61,231 bases of DNA from a virus. Its lineage: Duplodnaviria > Heunggongvirae > Uroviricota > Caudoviricetes. The number at the start of each line of letters is the position of its first letter. Position 1 is the first letter of the stretch. Of the stretch, positions 46,963-54,784 are shown piece by piece. The stretch covers positions 1 through 61,231 of IMG/VR virus record IMGVR_UViG_3300044878_000136; one strand, 5' to 3'. The notes beneath the pieces were generated by a model, which was not told the origin of the DNA, did not search any database, and was given only the letters and a program-made list of their open reading frames with translations. A program made the position numbers and the translations under genes.

Positions 46963-48402
46963 TTAGTCAGCGATGATGTCAGGCAAGCCCATTTCTTTAC
47001 GTGATTTTGGATACCAGTACGGGTGGTACTTACCGACCCGCATACGGAGGATGTCCAGGGTGGAGAGGAACGGAACCTTTTCACCTTCTTCGACGGTGGT
47101 GTGCCAGAAGCGGGTGTTCAAGAGCAAGTCCCAATCGTAGCCCATGGCTTTGATTTCGTTGTACAGTGCTTCTGGTTCGCAGTGGTAGGATTCATCGATA
47201 TCCGTGCGGTACGTGAAGGTCCAGTGCATCTCCATAAGGATCTGCGCAGCACGCTGAGCGGCGAACGATTCGCGCAGCTTCTTACGAACGTTGGTGCGAC
47301 GGATTGTCATGTCAGGAACCAGCGCCAATGCGTAGTTCTGCACGTTACCTGTCAAACCATAACGACCAGCTTCACGCAACAGGTAGATGAAGTTGGACAT
47401 GTATGGCAGCCAGCCTTCCTTCTGACTGACGATGATCGGCAGCGGGATACCCGACGGACCGTACTTCCCACGCATGTTGGTGAGTTTGAGTTCGATCAGA
47501 TCCGCTTGCTTGGTTTCATCACCAGGCTCGTAAGGGAATTCGGCTACACCCTTTTCCTGCATTTGGCTGTAGTGCGTGATTGCATAACAGTTGCCGGTCT
47601 GGAAGCTCAGGTTCTCAGGAACACGTTTCAGCTTCACGTCACCTTTGAGGTGGTTGAGCGTCTTGATGTTCGGCTTACGTGGATCGAGCTGGTACTGTTG
47701 ACCGACGTGCGCCGTGGTCAATAGATATATACCGTGCTTCGCCGTGAGGTCTGGTGCTTGCTCGACGATCTGCGATTTACCGCTGTTGACACGCATGGCC
47801 AACATGTTCAGTTCGGAGGTACCGACGCTACCTTCTTCCAGCATTTCAACGGCCGATTCAGCCTTGAGACCGGAGAGGGAGTCCCAGAACTCGAGCAGCG
47901 GCACGAAGTATTCGTACGGCTTGCCAGTACCGGTGTCGACCAGTTCCAGTTGAACGCGCGGTTCTTCTTTCAAACGCTTCTTCGCGTATTCCTTGAGGAC
48001 GTTGAACAGCTCGGTGCCGTTGTAGTCCACGGAGGAAGTGAAGAAGATCCGATCTTTAGCGATCAGCGATTCAGGTACTGGGAAGCCTGGCAGAGGCAGA
48101 CCCATGGCCATACGTACGATACGCTCTACACGTTCCTGGACGATAGTGGTCTCAGTGTCGTGAACATGCATAACCGAAGACGGGAAAGCCCGCAACATCG
48201 CACCGCCGTAGCCGGCAGCGACAGTGGACTTGAACATGTTCGGCAAAGCAGCGATGCAGGAGAATGGAGCCAGCCCGCCGTTCAGGATCATCTGACCTTT
48301 ATGGCCTTTGACCCAGTTACCGGCCGACACGTCCAGGATGGTTCCTGTGTTCGGCATGGGATAGAACGGTGCAGCAGGTTTCTTCCATGCGGCTTTAAAC
48401 AT
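46963..48402 (-). CDS. uvsX: RecA/UvsX-like recombinase (phiKZ gp152-like)
   Basis: P-loop PNMFKST, HDTE, Walker B FWDSLS, TTAH and RGKYGPSG motifs. GGAG RBS before 48402. Confidence 0.85.
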   Translation of the reverse strand: MFKAAWKKPAAPFYPMPNTGTILDVSAGNWVKGHKGQMILNGGLAPFSCIAALPNMFKSTVAAGYGGAMLRAFPSSVMHVHDTETTIVQERVERIVRMAMGLPLPGFPVPESLIAKDRIFFTSSVDYNGTELFNVLKEYAKKRLKEEPRVQLELVDTGTGKPYEYFVPLLEFWDSLSGLKAESAVEMLEEGSVGTSELNMLAMRVNSGKSQIVEQAPDLTAKHGIYLLTTAHVGQQYQLDPRKPNIKTLNHLKGDVKLKRVPENLSFQTGNCYAITHYSQMQEKGVAEFPYEPGDETKQADLIELKLTNMRGKYGPSGIPLPIIVSQKEGWLPYMSNFIYLLREAGRYGLTGNVQNYALALVPDMTIRRTNVRKKLRESFAAQRAAQILMEMHWTFTYRTDIDESYHCEPEALYNEIKAMGYDWDLLLNTRFWHTTVEEGEKVPFLSTLDILRMRVGKYHPYWYPKSRKEMGLPDIIAD

Positions 48403-48487
48403 AAATTGCTCCGGTTTGATATGTAGCACGACAAGCGGGCCGTGCGGAACTTATACACCCTACCCAATCAACCGAGGGGACGAAAAC

Positions 48488-49339
48488 GTGTCCAAAGAAA
48501 ACGCTTTCCTTAAAGAACTCGTTAGCAGTGAGATGCACGGTAATGTGGACTATCTCATGGCGACGGCTAGTAACTTTTCACAAGAAAGTAAAGTCGTGGC
48601 CTTCGTTGACGACATCCGTGCGCAGTTCAGTGCGTTCGTTGGTCGTGCAGCCACCTTCCTCATCAGCTCGAAAGTGGGTAACTTCAAGCCAGCCACCGTC
48701 ATCCCAGGTAAACTCCTCGAGTTTGCTAATGCCGATGGTTATCGCAACATCGGGCAAAAAGTCGTCTCGATTCCTCTCGGATTCCAAGGTAAGTACATAG
48801 ACTATATCCGGTCTCTGTCCAACGCCTTGTCTTACGTGGAATCCCTGGAGAAGACCATCGGTGCTGCGACCCAGCAACTGGCTATCGTGGCCAACGAGCC
48901 CGACCGTCTGAAGGCCCAGAGCGGCATGCGCCAGCTGGACGCCCTCCTGAAGCCGATGCCAGCTGCTGACTTCGATGCCCTGCGTGCATACTGCGGCAAC
49001 CACGGCAAGACCGTAGCGCGACTGGCAGACGTGGTCGACAACGGCAGCGATCTCGACGTGATCTACCGAGAAGTCAATACACTCAATGCTCGTTGCGCTC
49101 GTGTCGACTGGGTGGTCATCAACAAGAAGACTGCACGCCTGGCCGAACTGATCATCGCTGTGCAGAAAGAGATCGACGCCGCTGGCGATGGTGGTACTTC
49201 CGGTGCCGCTGCTGCTGCCCTGTCCACCTTGATCTACGGCATGGCCACTACCGTCTCTGCCGCTGTGGTGGTAGCTACGGGTGTCCAAGACCTGTCCCAA
49301 TGCCTCATCGCCACTGTAGGCGAAGTCGTAGGCGCATAA
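48488..49339 (+). CDS. probable virion head protein (phiKZ gp153-like)
   Basis: GAGGGG RBS and GTG start, TATG at 48420, N-terminal SSE/SQE protease-type sites. Confidence 0.65.
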   Translation: MSKENAFLKELVSSEMHGNVDYLMATASNFSQESKVVAFVDDIRAQFSAFVGRAATFLISSKVGNFKPATVIPGKLLEFANADGYRNIGQKVVSIPLGFQGKYIDYIRSLSNALSYVESLEKTIGAATQQLAIVANEPDRLKAQSGMRQLDALLKPMPAADFDALRAYCGNHGKTVARLADVVDNGSDLDVIYREVNTLNARCARVDWVVINKKTARLAELIIAVQKEIDAAGDGGTSGAAAAALSTLIYGMATTVSAAVVVATGVQDLSQCLIATVGEVVGA

Positions 49340-49348
49340 GCGGCACAA

Positions 49349-49392
49349 ACCACCTAGGGCTCGCACCCTAGGTGGTCTTACTTCTTTATGCT
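49349..49392. terminator. hairpin between convergent genes
   Basis: ACCACCTAGG-loop-CCTAGGTGGT followed by CTTACTTCTTTATGCTG. Confidence 0.7.
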
Positions 49393-49808
49393 GTCCGCAA
49401 ACAGTCAAGTACCGCTCGCACATCCATCGTGAAGGTAGAACCATCACCGTATTGGAACCAACGAGGTAGCATCGAGCCCAACTCCCGAGAGAGTGTACTC
49501 AAGTCCACTTCGCCTTTCTGGAAGCGCTCAACCATCGACACAGCAGCTGTCTTCCTCCACACCCATGCTGAGATAGCCGCGGGTAGAAGTAAGGCGCTAG
49601 CCGTGCAGGCTAGTTGTAGCTTGCTGTTCAGACAATCCATCTCAACCTCAGACGGATTCTTGACGCCCTTGAGCTTGAAATACAACGACGCTACGACAAT
49701 GAGTCTCCGAACACGACAGTGTACGGCGTTCTTGTCACAGACTGTATTTTTAGCGTGCGGGCAGAGTGGCAGGGATTCTTGCTTAGACGCAATAACATTG
49801 CCGGACAT
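49386..49808 (-). CDS. hypothetical protein
   Basis: ORF fills the gap downstream of RNase H. Start uncertain (ATG at 49808). Confidence 0.5.
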   Translation of the reverse strand: MSGNVIASKQESLPLCPHAKNTVCDKNAVHCRVRRLIVVASLYFKLKGVKNPSEVEMDCLNSKLQLACTASALLLPAAISAWVWRKTAAVSMVERFQKGEVDLSTLSRELGSMLPRWFQYGDGSTFTMDVRAVLDCLRTA

Positions 49809-49840
49809 ATGGGAAGTACCTACGGGGATCAGGTTAACAG

Positions 49841-51319
49841 TTACGCCCGATCGATCGCGTAGTGGATATTCGACTCGAAGCGCGCCCACAGACCCACGTC
49901 TCCGTTTTCCAACTCCACCATGGTAGCATATCGCCCAACCTTGTCCGACTCACGCCATGTCACGACCTTGACGCTCTTAACGTCTGGGCCGAGTGCCGCC
50001 AGCTGGTTCCGGGAGATAATGTCGCTACCGAGGATCAATCGAACCTTGGCTTCGTACGGCTTTGGTTCAGCATTCTCTTTCTCGAGGTTGAAAACGGGCT
50101 TCACATCGATGTACTTCGTGATTTGCGTCACGAGGGGTTTCAGTTTACGGTTGCCCTTGGTGTCCTTATCCTCATAGATTAGGTCGGTAATCTCGGTGAG
50201 AACAAAGTACTTGTCGCCATTCCTGATGTTTTTCAACGTCTTACGGAGTGACTGCCACACGCTGGCTTTCCGGAAACCCAAACCAACAGGAGTCTGCTCA
50301 ACCATAACCGGCGTCTTGTCGCTATTGACGGTGTCGAGCCGTTCCTGTCCTTCAAACAAGAAGGTGGTCCCGTAGGTCCGAACTTCGTTGTAGATCCTTG
50401 CAGAGAAAATCGTGTCGAGGTGACCAATCATCAGACGGCCACGCTTGACGGCATCGCGCTTGATAGCACTCTTACGCAATGCTTCCATGATCGGGTCAGG
50501 CTCAGTCACCAAGCATACACCCAGGAAGTTATCCGCATACCGCTTGCCCGGTAGGTCATCTTCCTTATCCTTGGTGCCGTGCGTCCCCACGTAGTAAACG
50601 TGGTGGCCAGAATCTTCTTCCACGAAATCTTCTTCCGTGGTGGAGAAGTACCAACGAGGTGCCTGAAGGATACGCGGTACTTCGGACTTCTGATTCCAGT
50701 AGCCCGCTGCATCGCGTTCTTCACGGATGTCGTCGAGTTTCTTCTGAGACAGCGCCAGCCCACGAGTGGCCAGTGTGTCTGCACGATCGTTACCCGGATG
50801 GCCGTTGTGACCTTTGATCCATTCCAGGTTCAGAACGTCGCAATGCTCTTTGAGCTTCGCGAACAGATCCTTGACCTTTTCCCAAGTAGGACGGTACTTG
50901 ATCGGTTCGCCAGTGGAACCAACCCAGCCACGCTTCGCCCACTTGTCAACCCACTGCGTCGTACCTTGCACGACAAAGCGGGAGTCGGAGAAGATCTTCA
51001 CGTCTTTCAATTCAGGACGCGATTCGACCCACTTGAGTGCTTCGTAAAGCGCCCACAGTTCGGCCTCGTTGTTGCTCCCCATGACCATGCTGCCGCCGGT
51101 GAGGTCGAAGTAATTCGTAACCGTGACTTTACTGCCAGCCTTGCCATCAAACTGATAACCCAGTTCCGTTGGAACAATCTTTGGGTTACCCGTACCGCGC
51201 TTGGGCTCCTCATTGAGGAATGTGTAAGCGTGTACGCCCCAACCAGCGTGCCGAGTGTGCATCAGGTACCCAGCATCGCAATAGACGATGGCACTGATCG
51301 CCATTGTTTCAGTAGTCAT
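49841..51319 (-). CDS. rnhA: ribonuclease HI with long C-terminal extension (phiKZ gp155-like)
   Basis: VYCDAG, NNEAEL, FSDSRFV and WIKGHNGHPGNDRADTLA motifs. Confidence 0.92.
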   Translation of the reverse strand: MTTETMAISAIVYCDAGYLMHTRHAGWGVHAYTFLNEEPKRGTGNPKIVPTELGYQFDGKAGSKVTVTNYFDLTGGSMVMGSNNEAELWALYEALKWVESRPELKDVKIFSDSRFVVQGTTQWVDKWAKRGWVGSTGEPIKYRPTWEKVKDLFAKLKEHCDVLNLEWIKGHNGHPGNDRADTLATRGLALSQKKLDDIREERDAAGYWNQKSEVPRILQAPRWYFSTTEEDFVEEDSGHHVYYVGTHGTKDKEDDLPGKRYADNFLGVCLVTEPDPIMEALRKSAIKRDAVKRGRLMIGHLDTIFSARIYNEVRTYGTTFLFEGQERLDTVNSDKTPVMVEQTPVGLGFRKASVWQSLRKTLKNIRNGDKYFVLTEITDLIYEDKDTKGNRKLKPLVTQITKYIDVKPVFNLEKENAEPKPYEAKVRLILGSDIISRNQLAALGPDVKSVKVVTWRESDKVGRYATMVELENGDVGLWARFESNIHYAIDRA

Positions 51320-51379
51320 GCACTATATCCAGTAGGTTAGCAGTATAATTCCTACACAATGAGAAGCCCCTGTAAAAAC

Positions 51380-51682
51380 TTACTCGCCACACTTACCTTT
51401 GGCTGCCAAGTTCTTCAGCTCGTCACGTAGAAAGTCGATGTGATCATTAAGACGGTCGACAACCCCTTGGTCATCGCCGTCCTCCAGATCGTCCAAGACG
51501 GGCTTGTCTGGGATGATGTAGGTACCACCCGAGTGACAGGACACGACCTTAGTGGCCTTTATCTTGTCCGACCTTGCATCGATCTTGTTAATGATCGTGA
51601 TCGACGTAGGTTGCGGTGTGAGTGGTACACACGACCCCAACATGAAGGTCGTGATTAACAAGAGTTGTTTTGGGTGGATCAT
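51380..51682 (-). CDS. outer-membrane spanin (Rz1-like lipoprotein)
   Basis: Signal peptide with lipobox LGSC, Pro-rich linker, additional Cys residues. Follows a transmembrane coiled-coil gene. Confidence 0.7.
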   Translation of the reverse strand: MIHPKQLLLITTFMLGSCVPLTPQPTSITIINKIDARSDKIKATKVVSCHSGGTYIIPDKPVLDDLEDGDDQGVVDRLNDHIDFLRDELKNLAAKGKCGE

Positions 51683-51692
51683 CTAGGGGACC

Positions 51693-52112
51693 TTAATCTA
51701 TCGCCTTGAGCTTTCCGATTGCGTAGTCTCGCAGGGATGGTTTTCCCTTTTGTTTCGGAGGCAGATTGGCGGTGGGACGATCGGGTTGAGGGGGAGGTGC
51801 AGGTGTTGGCTTGGCAGGTGGCCGCGCTTTGAGTCGGCTCTGTAATACGTCGATCAATAGCTTCTGATCGTCGTTTGTTTTCTGGAGTACGACTGCTTCT
51901 TCAGTCAGCTTTACGTTTCGGGCGTGGGTAAGATCAGCCACGACTTTGACATAGTAGAACAGAATGAACATCACCACCAAGCAAGCTGCCAATCCGGTTG
52001 CAGCCTTGTTCGAGAGCAGTAACTCCTTAACACCTTTATCCCGCAACACGATCTCCCTCAGGAAAGGGAAGAGAGATTTCAGAACAAGCAGTATCGTGTA
52101 GAGAAGGGACAC
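51693..52112 (-). CDS. inner-membrane spanin (Rz-like)
   Basis: TM helix LAACLVVMFILFYYV, coiled coil, Pro-rich hinge. AGGAG RBS. Confidence 0.68.
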   Translation of the reverse strand: MSLLYTILLVLKSLFPFLREIVLRDKGVKELLLSNKAATGLAACLVVMFILFYYVKVVADLTHARNVKLTEEAVVLQKTNDDQKLLIDVLQSRLKARPPAKPTPAPPPQPDRPTANLPPKQKGKPSLRDYAIGKLKAID

Positions 52113-52222
52113 ATCTGGACTCCTATGGGGTGTCTAAAAAATACTATGTCTTCTTAGCAAATGTACGTGTTTCAAACACGTTCCTGGTTCATACCTTTCG
52201 CCGTAGCGCTCAGAGGTGATTC

Positions 52223-53539
52223 GTGAAGAGTTTTAAAGGGTTCGCCCACATCGGCACATTGGCCGACAACAGAGATCATAAGGACGCGCCGGTCGGTGAG
52301 CTTTCAGCGCTCTCCCAGACCTTCACGCGAGATCAAACCAAGCACACCAGCGGCGCTAACCCAGGCTTCATGCTGCGTGGCTTTTCCTATTACGTCAACG
52401 ATGTAAAGACGCAGTTCCCTGATGTCGATGCGCTGAAGATCCTCGGCGTTATTGACTGGACCTACGGCAAGGCTCGTCTGGGTACGCTAACCTCTGACGT
52501 ACTCTCCGTTAAGAGCGCATGGACCACTGACCAAGCCGCGACTTTCGATCTGAAAGAAACCGGCACCATGGTCATGTTCGACAACAACAAGTGGGCGCCG
52601 TCCTACCTGGTGTTTGCTCCGAAGGATGACCTGGTCACTCGCTGGAAGATCTGGTTCAGCGAAGCGGCGTTCTTCAACCAGTTTGACGAGTTCGAGTTCA
52701 ACCACGTCAAGCCGTTGACTAACCTCGACGACTTCTTCCTGGACTACGTCAACCTCAAGCCTCTGCTGGCGACACGCACCCTCAGCGACTCGATCACTCA
52801 GGTGGATACCCTGCGTAAGTCGGACCCTGAGACACGTCTGCGCGTCGATCCGTTTGACTGGGTAGATCCAATCGATCGTGATCTGCGTATCAGCGTGGAC
52901 TGGATGTCGCTGCTCTGGGGCGAGGCGGGTAACAACCTCGACAGCGTCAAGGAATCGCTGATCAAGTGGATCCTGGCCAACAGTACCCACACTCGTGAAG
53001 AGTGGGCTGTGATCTTCCCGGACATCTTCACCTCGACCGAGTTCATCTTCGTTCCGATGTGGGATGAGTTCGCCGTACCTGAACGCCCTCGTGAATCCGG
53101 CATCTATCGTGGCGCAGGTAACATGGTGGAAGCGATCGCCAAAGCCAAGGTCGTGGCCAAGGGTGTCAAGTACACGCCTAACCACATCACGGCAGTGGCC
53201 AACGATTGCCCCACTCAGTTCAAGAGCGTTCGTTGCGTGGTTGTGGGTGGTCCTGAGAACCGGGATCAGAAAACCCAGCTGGTCAACCAACACCCTGACT
53301 GGTTGAACGTTCCGACTACGCATGTCGACTTCATGCGCATGAGTGAGCTGACTCGTGGTGCAGTCATGCTGGTCATGGAGATGCTCCAATACGCAGAAGA
53401 GATGACGGCTACCACAGCGCCACCTACCGGCTTCAACCGGACTGTGCGTGATGGCGTGATGTACATCTCCAAGACCTACCAGAAGTTCCTGTACTTGGTC
53501 GTTACCAAGGCCAGCTTCGACGAGCTCGTAACGGAGTAA
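52223..53539 (+). CDS. virion structural protein (phiKZ gp157-like)
   Basis: 438 aa, GAGGTG RBS, AT-rich TATG at 52145, GELSALSQTF motif. Confidence 0.7.
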   Translation: MKSFKGFAHIGTLADNRDHKDAPVGELSALSQTFTRDQTKHTSGANPGFMLRGFSYYVNDVKTQFPDVDALKILGVIDWTYGKARLGTLTSDVLSVKSAWTTDQAATFDLKETGTMVMFDNNKWAPSYLVFAPKDDLVTRWKIWFSEAAFFNQFDEFEFNHVKPLTNLDDFFLDYVNLKPLLATRTLSDSITQVDTLRKSDPETRLRVDPFDWVDPIDRDLRISVDWMSLLWGEAGNNLDSVKESLIKWILANSTHTREEWAVIFPDIFTSTEFIFVPMWDEFAVPERPRESGIYRGAGNMVEAIAKAKVVAKGVKYTPNHITAVANDCPTQFKSVRCVVVGGPENRDQKTQLVNQHPDWLNVPTTHVDFMRMSELTRGAVMLVMEMLQYAEEMTATTAPPTGFNRTVRDGVMYISKTYQKFLYLVVTKASFDELVTE

Positions 53540-53542
53540 CCC

Positions 53543-54247
53543 ATGGCCAGAGTCACTCCACCTATTGGAGCGAAAGGCCTCTTTAAGGTTCGTTCCCCCT
53601 ACGTGGTATCGGCTGCGGCCATTTACTGGGTAGGTGCGGTTCGGACCTATGAAGAACTGATCGCTGCCAAGATCGATCCATTGACGCAGGTGTACACACC
53701 GGTCGGGATGGGTCAAGCGGATTACAACCAGGACATCATCGAAGGCGCACAGGTCATCACCCTGTTGTCTCATGTCCGTCCTCCGTTACACATTCCAGAT
53801 ACGTACATTCTGGAATACCCGAACATGTCCCTCGTTCCACACTCGTGGATCGTGTGTACTGTCAGCTGTGGGATTCTTCCGGATACCTACGACCTGACTC
53901 GGATGCAACAAACGGTAGCCATCGCAGTAGCGGAATACACAGGCGTGCAAGCGCAGGTGACCATCTCCACTGCTCCGACGACTGACTCGGTAACGGAAGC
54001 AGCCTACCTCGAAGCGAAAGCCGTACGGGATGCTGCACTCCTGAACAAGTCCACCGACTTTGTCGATAAGTTGGCTCTGCAAGAACAGCTCGACAAGGCC
54101 AACAGCTACATCGCCGACCTGACGACCATCATTGACGAACAGGAAGTGGTGATCACGCAACAAGCGCAAGAGATCGCTGACCGTGATGCTGAGATCGTTG
54201 CCCTCAAGCAACAGATCGAAGACCTAACACCACCGCCAGCACCGTAA
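53543..54247 (+). CDS. probable virion protein with C-terminal coiled coil
   Basis: GGAG RBS, in an operon with the previous gene. Confidence 0.7.
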   Translation: MARVTPPIGAKGLFKVRSPYVVSAAAIYWVGAVRTYEELIAAKIDPLTQVYTPVGMGQADYNQDIIEGAQVITLLSHVRPPLHIPDTYILEYPNMSLVPHSWIVCTVSCGILPDTYDLTRMQQTVAIAVAEYTGVQAQVTISTAPTTDSVTEAAYLEAKAVRDAALLNKSTDFVDKLALQEQLDKANSYIADLTTIIDEQEVVITQQAQEIADRDAEIVALKQQIEDLTPPPAP

Positions 54248-54248
54248 A

Positions 54249-54290
54249 CAGCATAGAGGCAGGGGTTTACCGCCCCTGCCTCTATGCTGC
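54249..54290. repeat. second identical copy of the 42-bp hairpin/terminator at 3416..3457
   Basis: CAGCATAGAGGCAGGGGTTTACCGCCCCTGCCTCTATGCTGC, compared base by base. Confidence 0.9.
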
Positions 54291-54293
54291 GTA

Positions 54294-54368
54294 TTACCAG
54301 CCGTTATTTTCGCAACGGCAGGAAGTCATCCCGCATTTACAGCCGTAGAACCGTTTCAGGAGGATCAT
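54294..54368 (-). CDS. 24-aa Cys-rich micro-ORF
   Basis: TGATG overlap with the upstream stop. MILLKRFYGCKCGMTSCRCENNGW ends 3 nt before the terminator. Confidence 0.45.
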   Translation of the reverse strand: MILLKRFYGCKCGMTSCRCENNGW

Positions 54369-54784
54369 CAGGAATACCCGAATTCGTGGAAGTTCGAAGC
54401 GTGCCAGTGAGGGATACCCCAAACCGTACGCTCTTTAGCGGAAGTGCTCGGCGCTTCGCCATACGCCACCATGCCAGCGTAGACATCGCGCATCCGTGCC
54501 AACGTGTACTTCATTGGATTCACGGTACCGGCCTTGTTGTAGAACTTCTCGATACAGAAGAGTACCGGTTGACCTTCTTTGAGGAAGACCGACATCTCTT
54601 CGATCGGACAGGAGATGAGTGGCGTCAGACCTTCGAGGAGTGCTGCACGGATCTCCATGTTGGTCTTGGCTGGGACGTAGCCTGTCATCGAGAGTTCCTC
54701 GTACATCGACAAGGCCTTGTCTACGTCTTCTTGTTTCTCCATCCAGATTGGAATGGATTTGCCATTAATCGTCAGCTTCCGCAT
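54368..54784 (-). CDS. hypothetical protein
   Basis: Likely start MRKLTING at 54784, overlapping the end of sbcC. Confidence 0.65.
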   Translation of the reverse strand: MRKLTINGKSIPIWMEKQEDVDKALSMYEELSMTGYVPAKTNMEIRAALLEGLTPLISCPIEEMSVFLKEGQPVLFCIEKFYNKAGTVNPMKYTLARMRDVYAGMVAYGEAPSTSAKERTVWGIPHWHASNFHEFGYS

